A stretch of DNA of 64,000 nt from Amoebophrya sp. A120. Lineage: Eukaryota; Protista; Dinoflagellata. The notes below the pieces were generated by a model, which was not told the origin of the DNA, did no database searches, and saw only the letters and a program-made list of their open reading frames with translations. Location: contig CAJINV010000009.1 of assembly GCA_905178155.1 (NCBI GenBank), positions 2,023,373-2,087,372 of the forward strand, read 5' to 3'. Shown in pieces: positions 22,642 through 36,339 of this stretch (position 1 is the stretch's first letter; each line of letters opens with the position of its first letter). Both the position numbers and the translations under genes were made by a program.

Positions 22642-24785
22642 CTAGATGAGTGCCACCTCAACGCGGCAACGTGATACCAGCTCTTCAGCAGAGTCTGCAA
22701 TGTGGATCCACCTTCCAGCGTGCAGCTTCGTTTTCACGCGGACGTCCCAGAAGATAGCCGCGCGGCCGGTAAGCTCGGAGGAAAGCTCGCGCGTTCTCGC
22801 ATTTGGAATAAAATCGGTTTCGAAGCCCGACTCGGGGTCGACAAAAATGTCGTTCGGGACATACAGTGCGCACGAAAAAGAACCTGTGCATAGTGTCATC
22901 GAGGGATATTCTTCTAGCCGCCGAGTACTTGAAAGAGCATGTGGCCTTTCATTCGATCGTCTTGGCTATCTTGCAACATCATCCTTGCGTGCTCATCTAC
23001 AACATCACACATCTACTTCCACTCCTCATTTTCATCATTTTGACAAAGACAAACCACTAAAAAGAAAATGTTTTTCACGCATACCTCCTTCACTTGGCTT
23101 GCTAGTAGTGTCTGTCGTCATTGCCTCACCACCATGCTCCTGTTCTTGGCGATCCTGACCTGGTTGTGCGTTTTCGCTGACGAAACCTGGCTCGGCACCA
23201 GGCGCAACTTGAGCTTGCTCCTGGTCATCGCCATCAACATGCGCCGCAACAACTTCATCATCCCCGCCTACATCCTCAGTTTCGTGCTCACCCTCGCGCA
23301 GCGTGGTTGCGTCATGGTCAACTTCCTGCGGAGCAGCTTCAGTGTCGTTTGGGGTGTCAGCAGGCGGGGTTGTCCCTGTGCCCGGAGCTTCTTCACCTGC
23401 TGTCTTGATGAGATCGGCTTCGGTCGGAACGGCGTCTGCTGCAACCCCTCCCGCAATTTCTTGATCAGGTTCATTTCCATGGTCGGCGGTACCAGACTTT
23501 CCTTGATCTTCATTCTTTTCAGGTTCAGGCTCACCAGGATCAGCTTCAGCTTCACCTGCTACTCCTTCATTTTTACTTTTGCTTATTATACTTGCAGCTT
23601 GTTCATCTACTTCATCGTCATCTTTTTCGGCCGGCGCGGGACCTGCTTTTTCCGCGTCTGCTTTCGTTTTAGCGGCCTCCGCTTCGTCTTCTACCTTTCG
23701 TTTTTTTTCAGCAAGTCGGCGTTGTTCTTCTTCTTGGGCGTCCAATTCGCACAAGGCTTGCCATTGGAGCAGTGCTCGCTCCCGTTTCTCGCTTTCCCTT
23801 TTCAGCAGATTTTCCAAGTGCGTACCCACTGAACCGTCCTGCTCCCAGCCGGCCATATTCTCGGCACTGGCGAGGGTCTGCAACAAAGGGTCTACCTCCT
23901 GCAGATCTAGAGCCGGGAAAGTTGTTGCGTCCTCTCGATGCTCTAGTTGAAGCTGCTCTTCGTCTTCATTGGGAAACGCTACTTTGCTTCCTCCTCCCCC
24001 GGCGGGATAAACAACTTCATCATCAGACGCTTCCGAAGAGGAACTTGACCCAGCGTTGAGACAGAAGCGAAATGCAGTGGAGTCTTCGGCCTCTGGTGGC
24101 CTCGCGGAAGACGAGGATGAACCGCCACTGGTCAGGTTTCTTCCGAAAGATTCTTCTCTTGAAGTCGTGCTTTGACCCGTGAGTGGAATCTTTAGCGTCG
24201 CTTGCAAACTATCTTGGTTCAGGAACGACGAGAAGGAAGCTCCACTCGTGGTGTCCTTGCTCCGGGGCCCGGTTCGCAACAGAAAACCTCAAACAGAGTT
24301 GTGCCCAACGACTCAAAATAAAAAAGTCCATATCAAAGATCCGCGCAGTTCGTGGAACGGTGACATCCGTGGATTAAGAGACGAGAGAGGGAGGGAAATT
24401 CAAACTCCTAGATTGATGCATTCGTCACATACATTTACATGTTGATGTTGCAACGCTTATTCATACCTTGCACGCGCGGCGGAGGGGGCAGCGTTTCGTT
24501 CTTGAATGCGCTAGAGAATAGCCTGCGGGGTCTGCTACCTCCAGTCGCGCTCGAAGATGAACTTGAACTACCGACGACAAAAGATAATTCGGCTCCTGTC
24601 GCTGTCACACCCCCTTCCTCGTGATTTGCGTGCTCAAATTCAAGAGTAACATCTTCGGGCTGCGGTTTTTGCTCTTTCGCCACTTCATCCGGCTCCTCAC
24701 CCTGGTCCTCCACTTCCAGCGCCGTGAAACGAAATGCCTCCGTGGGCCCTGAATTATCCGGCATTATTTTTGCCGATTTTGATTT
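22642..24785 (-). CDS. Acidic low-complexity hypothetical protein with at least 3 exons (introns 24288-24466, 22914-23084); 5' exons unresolved
   Basis: ORFs 24435-24764, 23035-24279 and 22642-22899 join in frame through phase-1 GT-AG introns (donors GTATGA and GTATGC). Confidence 0.6.
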
Positions 24786-25750
24786 CTATTTTTTGCGTTT
24801 CCGGTGCGTATTCAAGATCGATTTCTCTGGACGCTACTAATCGAATGCCTGATATCGATTCTATGTCATGGCACTTCACGTACATCTTGTACGATAACGA
24901 AAAGCAGAAGAACCAATTTCAATTTGTGCAATCTCGTTCTCGACAATGTTGAAAGCCCAGCGTTCGTTAGGAAACTCAAAAAGTAGCTAGCATGGCCAGC
25001 CGAGCAAAAATCCCTCAGCGGCGTCAGTTTCATTGGTTTCATCACGCTCGCTTCGAATCCCTCGCTCATCTACTCAACTAGTGTACAACACGACAACATC
25101 TGCTCAACTCCAACTGCTTTACGACGAAAGTGGCCACCAACAGCAGTGTCTGTGTTTTTCCACAAAGTAGAACTGAAGCTGTTTGATTGAAGATTGCGCC
25201 TGTGAGGTGTTTCTCCTGCTCTGCCCCTGGGCTGTACATGAGCCGCTCGACCTTCTTGATTCTCATCTTCGTCTGCCTACTCCCGATGATGCGTTTCATA
25301 AAATCGGTTTTTTAATATACATGTTCCTTTGCTTTGGGCGTCGTCTTCTAAGAGTATACTCGTAGCTTGAGCATGGTCGCGGGGTAGCAAAGGGGTACTC
25401 GCTTGTGAATGTGGTCTTCTGAATTTGCGTCGTCACATGTCTAATATCTTCATGTCTCTACGCATCATCAGCATTCGAGGCTTAATTTTCTGTGCGAGTG
25501 CGTCTTACCAAGTCTTGATACTAGACTCGGTGTTGACGGCATCACATTGTCATTGTCTATATCAACAGCGAGCAAATAATATCGGGATTTCATTTTTCCT
25601 TGCCAATAGCTGCACTGTCTTCACGAGAGCAAAAACAGCAAGGAGGGCAGCCACGTTCTTGTAAACATTTTTTCATCTTCGTTAGTTTTTCCACGACGGG
25701 GTCAAATGTGGTGCCGGGTTCCTCGCACCATAATAGTGGGTTGCGTCCAT

Positions 25751-28700
25751 CTAGTCGCACTCTTCGACGTCTGCGAAGTCCGGCGTCGTGGCTGGTCCGC
25801 CTGAGGAAGGCGCGCCGCCCATACCTCCACCCGGCATGCCGCCCATGCCACCGGGCATACCCGGCATTCCACCCATGCCGCCCATCTTGCCGGCCATTTT
25901 TGTCATCAAGCCCATGATTTCCGGGTCGTTCTGGTACTTCGCAAACGCAGCTGGGTTAGACATGCATTCCTGCAAAGCCGCCATCACCTTCGGGTTGCCC
26001 ATAGCCGCCATGATATCCGGATCCGACATCAAACCGCCAATATCTGATTGTATTTTGACCAAGATTTTTCTGTTGCTGTGGTGTTTTGACTACAATTCCA
26101 AGACGAAGTCATCAGGTCATAATGTTGGAAAACGAAAAGGAAATTTCCACATCAACTAGTATACAAACAGCTGGTGTCAAACTAGGTGCTATCGTACCTG
26201 GCATGCCTCCCTTGCCCGCTCCTTTGCCTCCCATACCTGGCATGCCTCCCATGCCCGGCATTCCGCCCATTCCCGGCATTCCTCCCATGCCTCCCATACC
26301 GGGCATACCACCCATGCCGCCCATACCGCCTGGCATTCCGCCCATGCCGCCTGGCATTCCGCCGGGGAAGCCACCGGGCATGCCCCCTGGGAATCCGCCC
26401 GGCATGCTGTCCTTCGCTTCCTCCTCTTCCCGCTTCTTCTGTGCCTCCTGGGCTTTGCGGATCTCTTCACGACGCTTCTTGATCGCCTTTTCTTTCTCCT
26501 TCTGGGCTTTGCGCTCCTTTTGGAGGCGCTGCGCGACGCGGACCTTGTCAGTGGATGTTGATCGTCGACATAAATTTCATATAGATCATGTGCATCATCG
26601 TTCGTCAGAGAAATATTGAAATGCAGAAGCAGCTTGTTTCCGCTTCGTGCCTATCGCCAATGAATTCCGTTCTATGATGGCTGGCATATCAGCAAAAAAC
26701 ACAAGAAGAAGAAACAGAAATGATCATCAACGTAGCAGGTAATCGTAATTCCATTTCCAATAGCATTCCGCTCGTAGTTGAACAAAATGCTCAGTCATGG
26801 CCTAGAGTGTACCTGTTCGTATTTTTTCCACTTGGCCGCCACGAGTTTCTGTGCCTCCTCCACGGAATCGTCGAAATCCAACTTCTGTGCGGTCTCCAGA
26901 TCAGCATGGGCTTTGTCCCACTGGTGCAACCGGCGCTCGGCCAGACCACGAATGCGGTACGCCTTGGCGGAGTCCGGATTCAGCTCCAGGGCCTTGCAGG
27001 CGTCCTGGATGGCAGCCTTTGGTCGCTTGGCTTTCAGCAGCATGTCCGCTCGCTTGGCATACATCATCGCCGAGGCGTTTCCGATCAGAATTGCTTCCGT
27101 AAAGGTGGTGATCTGTAGTTTCATGCGTTATGATTGAGATTGTGTCTTCTACGAAAACTGCGTTTGCGGCATGATGTGACCACATTTGACAAATGGTGAT
27201 GGACGAAAAAACAACCACACAGTTGTAATTGCATAAAGAAAAATGCGCCTAGAAGTCATACCGCCTTGTCCAAGTCTCCATCTTCCAGCGATTCCTGGGC
27301 CTCCTGCTTCAGATCGCCCTGCTTGTCCATTTCTGCGTCGGTAAGTTCCTTCTCGCCGTCGGGGCCCATCGCCGGCAGCGCGACGGTCTCTTCCTGCAGC
27401 CGCTGGGGATCGTCTTCCCCATCGGACGTCGGGTCGGCGATGTCCTCTTCCTCATCGGATTCCTCTTCGACCACGGGATCTTCCGACTTTTTCCTTGGCT
27501 CCGGTTCATACTTCGGCGGCGGACAACAGGAACCTTGATTGTATGCGGATATTTCGTGATAGATCAAGACCAACGTCGTCGTGGCGCGGCCAGAACGTAT
27601 CATGTTCATGGTACAGAAAGCAAGATGATTGAACCTAATGAATCTCTACACTAACTACACTAAGCGTGATATCGAAGGAAAAAAGTGTTACAGTTACACA
27701 CGACATCGAAAATAGCGCATTTTTTCAAGGGCAGGCTAGAACTTTTTTCGAGCCGCGGCTACCTGTCACGCCTATTGCGTTTTCACTTTCGTGTCAGGGA
27801 AAAAGAAGGCCGCCACGTAGCTGCGGCTGCTTCAGTTCACTGGAATAGCTAAGAAGGCAAGCTGCTACATGTCGCGGACCTGATTGAGAACTCCAGTGAC
27901 TGATAGACCGGGCGGCGGCAGAATGTCTCAGCGAAACAATAGAGCGGGCCAAGGTCAAAGCGATGCTTTCGACCTTGTGAGGGACAATGCCTGCTGTTTC
28001 ACTTAGTCGCAAACCTGACGAACCGCAGCGACCGTTTTTGACGCCTCCAGCCTGACTTGCGCAACGGCGACACGCGCGGGAGCGAAAATTGCAGAACAGC
28101 GCTCGCTGGCATTTGACGCGACGAGCGGGCGCTTTTGCAGTGCCAGCCTTTTCCTTCCCATCGTGGCCATGATGGCTCTACGTAATTTGCCCTTTCCTGG
28201 TGAAATCGACGCCCTGTCCCGAAAGCCAACTTTCCACCCGGATTGCAAAAAAAAGTGATACACACTGCATTTTTTTGAGGGGTCAAAGCAAGGCCAGAAA
28301 AAATAGCAACTGTATCACTTTTTTTTCGATATGTAACACTTTTTTCACCGGGCGGAATCCAACTTCGAGACTTTTCTCCCCGAGCGGAATCTTGATACTG
28401 TTTGAAATGTGTAACACAGTAAATCGCAGAGTGCCATGGGGGTTCGCAAAAAAACTGCTGTGTTACACACCAAAAAGTGTAACATTGGTCAGCCCTCAAG
28501 GGAGGGTCAAAATGTGGGTGATTTTGCGCAAGAGATTGCCGCTTTTTTTCCAAATGTGTAACACCTCGACTGAAAGCAAACACGCGAAAGCGCGAGCCTT
28601 CAGCTAGAGGCTCTGCGTCAAGTTTGCACACCACGCAAAAGAAGCTGCCCCCACGTCCGTGATTGAATTTCAGGGATCCTGCGGGCGCAGGCTCTTCCGT

Positions 28701-29365
28701 GGGTGTCTGACAAAATATCTCGCCTACAAGTCAAGCCGCGCATGCTTGATAGCGAAACACCCGTGCTACAGGGCTACCAAAACCCTGCCAATGTTCACCC
28801 GGAGGCGGTTTGCCACTCTTGTGACCGAGTCCCCTTCCATCTGTATTCTCTGCTTCATGTTGTCACGGGATGGGGCCAGGAAACAAAAGGCCAGCGAACC
28901 GCATTCCGGGCCAGCCATTGGGAGCGGAGCGCCAAAATAGGCGCGCCCTCAGCTAGCTAGTGTAGGACGTAACTGAGGGGGCCGATGGCTGGCTGCATCC
29001 GTCATGTCTGCGTCATTCATCAGAAACGAAGTTTTCGCAGACCTGCGTGCCAAAAAAATTCTTACTGAACGCATGAAAATATTCGGTTTTTTTCTTGCAA
29101 TGTGTAACAGTAACACTTTTTTTCTTCGATACGTGATAGATAAAACCCGCCGACAGCAGCAGCCTAGCAGGTTTGCTGGAGCCAATCAGTTACCTCCTCC
29201 ACATCCCGCATCTTTCGGCTCCGCTTTTTCTGGCAAAGTCGCACCTAGCTTGGTCAAATAGGTCTTGAAAAACTCGAGTTCGGGCAGGTGCAACAGAGCC
29301 GGCTGCTTTTCCAACACGCCAACAAAGGCTTTCAGCTCGGCAACTTTCTTCGGATCGATCGACAT
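25751..29365 (-). CDS. ST13: Hsc70-interacting protein (HIP/ST13), 5 exons: 29365-29194, 27533-27262, 27112-26813, 26543-26198, 26043-25751
   Basis: N-terminal dimerisation motif (LKAFV...PALLHLPELEFFKTYL..LGA), acidic linker, TPR region (YAKRA..LLK.KRP.AAI.D...ALELNPDSAKAYR.RG), charged region, GGMP repeats and STI1 domain (SDPDIMAAMGNPKVMAALQECMSNP). All four introns are GT-AG and frame-restoring. Confidence 0.95.
26200..26405 (-). repeat. Coding GGMP/GGFP tandem repeat of HIP
   Basis: MPGGFPGGMPGG...GMGGMPG repeats in exon 4. Confidence 0.9.
27670..29131. mobile_element. Putative non-autonomous TIR element (1462 bp) inside HIP intron 1
   Basis: 31-bp TIRs tatcgaag(g/a)aaaaaagtgttac(a/t)gttacaca at 27670-27700 and 29101-29131 (29/31 identical). 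Flanking direct repeat CGTGA at 27665-27669 and 29132-29136. No transposase recognised. Confidence 0.85.
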
Positions 29366-30179
29366 TTTGATTTTCAGGAGGGAGCACGGTGGCAATGAAT
29401 GATATATGATTTTATTTACAAAAACTGAGAATGATCGCAGATCAATTCGAACAAAGTTGTGGAAGAACTGAGATATAGTTTGGGTATTCCAGGAAGTTCG
29501 AGAAAAATGGGAAAAAATGGAAAAAAAAACAAGAACAACAATAAGCCGCAATGCATATGCAATGCCAACGGTGAAAGAACTCCGTTATCTATGAAGCTTG
29601 ATCTTCTGGAGGGACAGTCAGAATGGGAGTGGGAAGATCGCTGTGATATGCAAAGCGCAGGTCTAGTACCAAAAAGGTGATCTATGTCTATCACACTCTT
29701 GAAAGCTGCAAGGTATCAAATCGATAGGGATAGCTGCGGGATCACCAATAAAAATGCCAAGACTTCTACTTCGTCCTCGCCAGGTACAGAGGCAAGATCT
29801 TTCCTTATGTTTGCGTTTGTGTTTATTCTCCATTTGAGCACAATTATTGAGAGTCTTGATCATCTTCGTCAGAGCAGGTCAGCCCTTAATACGCTTTCGC
29901 GTTCAACCCTCTGAACAACCTTGCTTCGTTCACGGTTCACTTTTTCGGTAGACATGTAAATAAACAAGAACTGCCACTGTGGCCTTGTTTTGCATCCATG
30001 TTCCCTGTGTTGCACTGAATTCGCCTCGTTTTCAACATCTTTTTTTCTACTTCTCGTACTCGTTCGGGGAAAAATATAGTCATGCAGTGCCTCGATCACG
30101 ACAGGAGAAGCCAGCTGATATCCCATTCCTACCACCTCGCGTTCTCCTCACGAATGACCGTCGATTCCTGTGTTTGTAG

Positions 30180-33100
30180 CTAAGCGGTATCTCCTTCGAC
30201 TTCAAGACGCTCGAGGTTGAAGGTTTTGAGGTTCTCCTCTGTCGCATCAACAAAGAGTAAAAGTATGACCTTGGCGAAGAGATCTGCAGCGTCGTGCGCA
30301 TCTATCAGCTCATACGCTGTTATTCCCTCACGCGCACGGTGTGGCGTGGCACTTTCGGTGAGAAGGCCCCACCTTTCGCCATTTTTGTTCTCGGAAGACT
30401 GCGCTCCTCGCGATCCCGCAGCACTTGCACTGTATTTTTTCGTTGCCGGTATTCTAACGAGCATTGAAGACGACTTGTAGAAGTTCGTGACCGGCGTAGT
30501 AGTTTCCGTTTGGTCGACTTCGGCGATCGGCTTTTTCACTTCTTCTTCCTGGTCGAAAACGTTATGGGTCCACCACCGCGACAGTGCGTCATAAATAAAC
30601 GCTGCTGCTTATGAACAAGAAAACCCCGCCCGTGGAAACCAGAGAGATGCTTGCTTCCCCAGGTTTGGTGGCGAGTTTGAAAGATCATCAAGTGTTCTCT
30701 TTACGAGCTTTCTTCATCTCCGAGTGGCATTGATGAATTTTTGGTACACCATGGCTAGTACAACTACTTGGCGCGAACAAAAAGTGCCAACGTACGGCAT
30801 CGCTCTGGCCTCGGGGGACCTTGTGTGATGTATTCCTCGCATCTTTCATGCCATATTCTTGACACATCTGTATTCGAGGCGACATCTTGAACATCTACAT
30901 CCTGCGCTGCCGCTGGAGGTGTCGCAGGATCCCGGTTCTCCTTGTCCTTGCGGATCTGCGCTGATACAATTTCCAGTTGTTCCTTGAACAGCTGCATGAA
31001 CCACGTGCCGGACGTAATGGGTGAGGCGAGGAGCTCCGGGGGCGGCTGCTCCCTCGGGGACGGCTGCTGCTCCCCCAGGGTGGACTGCTGCTCCCCCCCT
31101 GCTTTCGGCGACGGCGGATTGCCACTGCGAGTACTCCTGGAAAAGCGACTCGAAACTCCGGCGATGAGTTTACCAGCGTACTTGTTAATGTTAGCAGAGC
31201 TCGGGATGAGGCTGCGCGAGGGCCGCACTTCTGTGATTGGGCGCAGCTCTCCAGAAAGCATACCGAGTATCATTTTCTGCTGTGCACCGCCGTTGCTGCC
31301 GGCTCTGGGAGCCATCTCACGAATCGTCGCTATGAACTGTGCCCAAGTCAAGAGATGATGACCGGGATAGTTGCGGTCCTCGGAAGGAACACGTACTCCG
31401 GGAAAGCGATAGGAAGCATCGTTTTTACCCTGCGCTGTCGCCAACTGCTTCCATTTCTCGAAAATTAGGTTCCCTATCTGAACCGGATGAGTAACGTGCA
31501 TCAGTTGGCTGCCGTGCAGCAGATACGCGGGCAAGAACTGCGGGAGGTACTGCTCCATCAATCCACCTACCATACCCCAAAATTCGACATTCCAGGCTAC
31601 AAAGTTGGACTCAGCGATGCTTTTAAGCCCTCCTCCAACGTGTCTTCCCGCTTCCCTTGCCCAGCTCTCGAGGAGCACGTGACCAACTGCAAGTTTGGCG
31701 TCTCTCTGCGCCTTCGCTACCACTTGAGAGGGAAGAGCGGCCAAAGGCAAAGCTATTCCAGCTACCTTGGCAATGGCTTCCTGCTCGAGTATTGCAAAGC
31801 GTTGCTTAGCTGACAGGAAATGGTGCAGAAGCGTCTCGCGCACAATTGCTGCCATTCCCACTGCTCGAGATACTGCCTGCTCTTGCTCTTGTGGAGGTGT
31901 TGAAGGTGTAGCCTCTTTGTTCTCGCCTGCTTCGACTACTTCTAGCAGCGGAGAAAAGATACGATTGAAAATCTGCAGTGGTAGATTGATTACACCCGTG
32001 ACAGCTATTTCCGCGCCCTTTGCTGTCGCTTTTTTGCCATATCGGTTCCAAAACGCCGACGCAATGCGATCTAGAAGTTTCTCTGTCGTCGTGCCCTCGG
32101 TCTTCTCGCTGGTGTACTGGGCTTCGAGCGCCTGCAGAAATACCTCAAGCACGGCATACATGAGGTCCGTCATATCATCCAAACTGAAACCTTTTCTCTT
32201 CAAATCTTCTTTCAGAGGCTTCGCCCTTTCCTTTATTTTTTGTCTGAGCGCTTTAATCTGTGTCAAAACGAGCTCCGCTGCCTTGGGTACAAGCTCCGGC
32301 TCTTCAAATCGCTTCAGTTCGCCAAAGGTGAAGTCGAAAATCAACTTTTTGTGTGCTATTACGCCGTCGCTGCGTGTAACGGACGTGTATGCCCATGCCG
32401 AAGACTTCTCAATAAAAGAAGAGCTCGAGAGCGAGGAGGAGATGGAGCTGCTAGTTGTCCTCTCTACTACTTCACCTTCATTGCCATTGGTGCGTGCTGC
32501 GGCTTGAGGTGGAGCTTGACAATTGTTGTAGTCGAACTGCGGCTTCCACAGTAGAGCAGGGGACGGACCAACGTGTTGGCCTTGGCGTTGCAAGGCATCA
32601 TGTGCGTGCACGTGCTGGTCGAGTTGCAGAGCAAAGGCCGCGACAACCTCGCGACTGTCCTCCTCTTCGGCTTCGCTACAGAGGGCATCTGGAATGAAAA
32701 CGTCCGTCAACTCGGAGATAACCAAGAAAGTCTTCGCAACTTCTTGAAGAATGTTCCTCAACGATTGCACGAAGCCAGCACCGCGTCTGACGGAACTTGC
32801 TCCAGTTCCACGAAGCCGACGCCACTGGTGCCGCACCATTTGTAGTACTCCTCCTTGCCCCTGTTCTCGCCTTGTGTCCCCTGTGTTATGCACGTCATCG
32901 GCGCCACGCAGCCACAAAAGCAATTCCTGCTTTATCTTTATTGTTTGTGACGGTGGCGCCTCCGCTTCGGCTGTCGTAGTCCCTCCTACTTCCTCCATCT
33001 GTCCTCGGAAAAGCTGCTCCAGCTGTGTTTCTCGCGATTGAAGGTCTTTCACTAACTGCGTCAGCATCAAATACTCCACGCTGTCGTTTTGCTCGTGGAC

Positions 33101-35656
33101 ACGTTGTACTTGTTGACCTGACTCATGGTCCTGCGACGCGTGTTGCGCAATAAGTAGTTCAAGTTCTCGCGTAGCCAAAATCTGCCCGCTGAAGGAGCCA
33201 TGAGGTTTCCCTCCGTTGAGTAAATCCTCAAGATTTTTGCGGACGGTTGTTGGAAGCACTTCCGCTTCTTGTCCTCGACTACTATCAATAGTCGTCGCGG
33301 CAGTCGTAGCCTGCGAAATCTTTTCGTTTTCCAAAAGTGTCAATCGTAGATGCTCCTCGTACAGAAATGCGTTGATGCGCGCGTACTGCTCGTCGACTTC
33401 CGCGCTTCGGTCGCCAAGTAGCGGAGGATAGTCGGCGACCACAACAGCCACGGGGGCTGCCATCTTTGAAGATGCGTCTTCATCAAATCCTTCTGGTTTT
33501 GCTGCTTTCTGCCTGCTCTTTCCATTTTTCATACCGGCCAAAACGCTGTCGACGGTGTGGTAAAGCATGGATCCTGGATTTTGCGCCGTCATACTATGAA
33601 AACCTGGTGACGCGACCCCGAGCAGGCCGCGGCCGAGTCGCGAAGCTGTGGGTGACCACGATGATGGGTTGGCAGCTAGGTAGGCTTCTATCGCGGAAGA
33701 TGGCGCCGTAGAGATCTCCTGCTTCTCGCGTCTTTCTCCTGTAGTTCCTTGTTCATCTACTTCTTCTTCTTTTATATCTTTACCAGAAGAAGCGAAGCTT
33801 TGGCTTTCTTTTCGCCGGTTTTCGGCTTTCCACCGCCGATCACTCCGACTCTCACTTTCTATTTCTTCGTCAACGTTATAGATGTTTTTTTCAAAGCCGC
33901 CGGGCAGCAGCGCAGGTTGCGGCAGCTCTTCCGTGCCCGAAAGCACTTCGAGCATGACGCTCGCCGGATTATCCTCGTCTGGCATAAGAGGCAACTCCGG
34001 CTCAAAAATCAGCGTCTGTCGCATTCTCGTGATTTGTTCGCGCGCAGAGACGGCTGCTGCATGGGTCGACTGCTTTTCGTCTCTCGGGTTCAACATGTCA
34101 AGTCGCGCTTTCCTTTCCTCCTCGACGAGCTGATCGTGAAAGTGTGTAAATTGACGCATCAAAGTCTCCATCGTCTCCAAAGCCTTGATCGCTGTGTTCG
34201 CACCGCTCGTGAGCGTCGTTTCGACGTCTTGCGCATACGACTCGTAATCCCTACTCGGCGGCTGGCACTGGCCTTCATTCACATCGCCAGTGTCAGGGTC
34301 GAACTTGACTGCTGGGTTCTTGGAACCGCACGCGCCGCCCAAAGTAGATGCAGAGTCGGACTGGTCTACTTTTTGCTCGTCGTAAATCCTTTTTAGCTCC
34401 CTCGCGTGCGCGTTCTTCAGTTGAGTGATCTCTTCCTCCGCTTTCTCGAGCTTTTCCGCGTCCGAATCTCCTCCTGACGGGGAGTTATACTCGCTCGGCG
34501 ACGGGCTGGGAGTCTTTTGACCATTATCAGCCACGTCGATCTCGATTTCGTTTTCCTTTACACCCTTTTCACTTTGATTCTCATCAGCCCTGCGGTCGCC
34601 CCCCTGATTCGGCTTCCCTCCAGGCCGCAAATTTTCTTGCTGCTCGATCTGCAACTCAGATGATAAACTGTGCTTGCGTGATCTTGATCGTGACTTTTCT
34701 TTTGCTTTTCCTTTGATGTGTGCCTGTTCTTGGTGTTTGACGTCGCTTGGTTGAGGAGCAAGAACTTGCAGGTTGCTGCTGGCCGAGGATTTCGATTCCG
34801 CACCAACATGTTCGTGTTGAGTTTTGGAAGCTACTGGCACTTTTTCGTCCGCACCGCTGGAAGCTTTCGCTTTCGTCGTCGCTCCTGTTCCAGCAGTGGC
34901 GCTGGTGCTCCTGCTGCGTCCCACAGTCTTCACGGCAAGAGGTGCTGCAGGCCCAGTTCCTAGCACTGACCACGTACTATCATGGTCGCGCTTGTTATTC
35001 TTTGATGTTGACGACTTGCGAGTGCGTTCGCTTGCTGTGGGCGGCGAAGCGGACGTGGATGTTTCTGAGGTGCTGGAGGACGCTGGATCGTAATCGCTCG
35101 TGCGTTCATCTTCATCAAGATTTTTAGCTTCAGTTCGCGGCCCTGCCTCTACTACGCGTACGCCATCTTTTTTCTTCCCTACGTCTGCCGTGCCCGCATT
35201 CTCCGTTGTTGTCGTTCTTGATCTTCTTGTCCCCGTGTCGTGCACGCGGCCCAGCTCGACATCAACAAAAGTAGTACTCTCATCATTCCCCGCAGGGTTT
35301 GTGCCCCTAGGTACAACGTCGGGACGCGCGCTCCTGGTAGCTTGTTCACCGCCTTCAAAGACGTCTAACAGTGCTGCACTAAAATCGTCGTCGCTGCCAA
35401 GGTCGGCCAAAGTCGTGGAGCGCTGCTCGTGCTCGTCGGGTATTTTATTTGTTGGAGCGGGCTTCTGATGCTTCTTTGTCCCCGCCGATTTGTGTTTCGT
35501 CTGCCTCTCCTGCTTCCTCTTGCGGCTGTAGGCGTTCGAAGAAGATGAAGAGAACGACTGTGCCGCCTCTCGCCGTGGCGTGCCCGATGAAGTAAGGAAG
35601 TTAGTTGTTGGATTTTTCAGAAGTTTCATTTTTATTGAAAATTTTCGAGATCGCAA
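30180..35656 (-). CDS. Very large hypothetical protein (>1700 aa); intron 30602-30795; 5' end unresolved
   Basis: The 1630-aa ORF joins in frame to the 30180-30601 exon via GTACGT...AAGCAGCAG (ERC-P-FIYDALSRWW). No domain recognised. Confidence 0.65.
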
Positions 35657-36339
35657 AAGGTGTGCTGTTTTGTTAGTGAGCAGCAGCAGGGCAGACGAAC
35701 AATACTACAACACCGCCGCGGAAGATTGAGATTGTTCTACTCTCTCAGGCGTAGCATAGCCAACCTGTCGAAAAAGCGCAAAACAAATTTCACGATATAA
35801 AAAATATACACAAGGCGAGCGCAAGCTTCATTGATAGTTTGAAACCATCAGGCTCACGGGTGCGCTGGCAGGTCGACTGGACTCTGTTTGGCATTCTACC
35901 TGAAAAAATGTTGGCAACATGCTTTCGGCAGAAATGAACTCGAGAGGGGAAAGCTGGAAAAATGCCTAGTATCCGGAATTGGAACAATTTTCATGCAACA
36001 GCTATCGATCGGCATCGGGAGCAGGAAAGTTCCAGACTTTGCCAAATCCTTCCAAATCCAGCTCCACACTTTCCCGCTGAAATCCAAAGCCGAGAGATGC
36101 CCTTCCCCCCGACCACCCCCCTGAAGAAAATGCAACTCACATGCTGAAGGCTCTTCTACTGTTCCCGCCCACCTGAGCGGGAATTTGATTTCGCTTGGGC
36201 CCCATCAAGCGCTTGGGTCGATGATGGGAGCGCTTGCGCTTGGCCCCAAGTGCTCCCATCATCGACGGCCCTCCAGCAGGCATTTCGTTTCGCATTTGTT
36301 TCTTCTTTCCTGAAAATTCTAGAAAAATCCAAGCAAGTT

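Noticed and set aside
27534-29193. HIP intron 1 as an introner created by the TIR element
   Set aside because: The element ends lie 136 and 62 bp inside the canonical splice sites, so it inserted into a pre-existing intron.
36162-36325. Helitron 3' end
   Set aside because: No CTRR terminus at the expected short distance from the hairpins on either strand.
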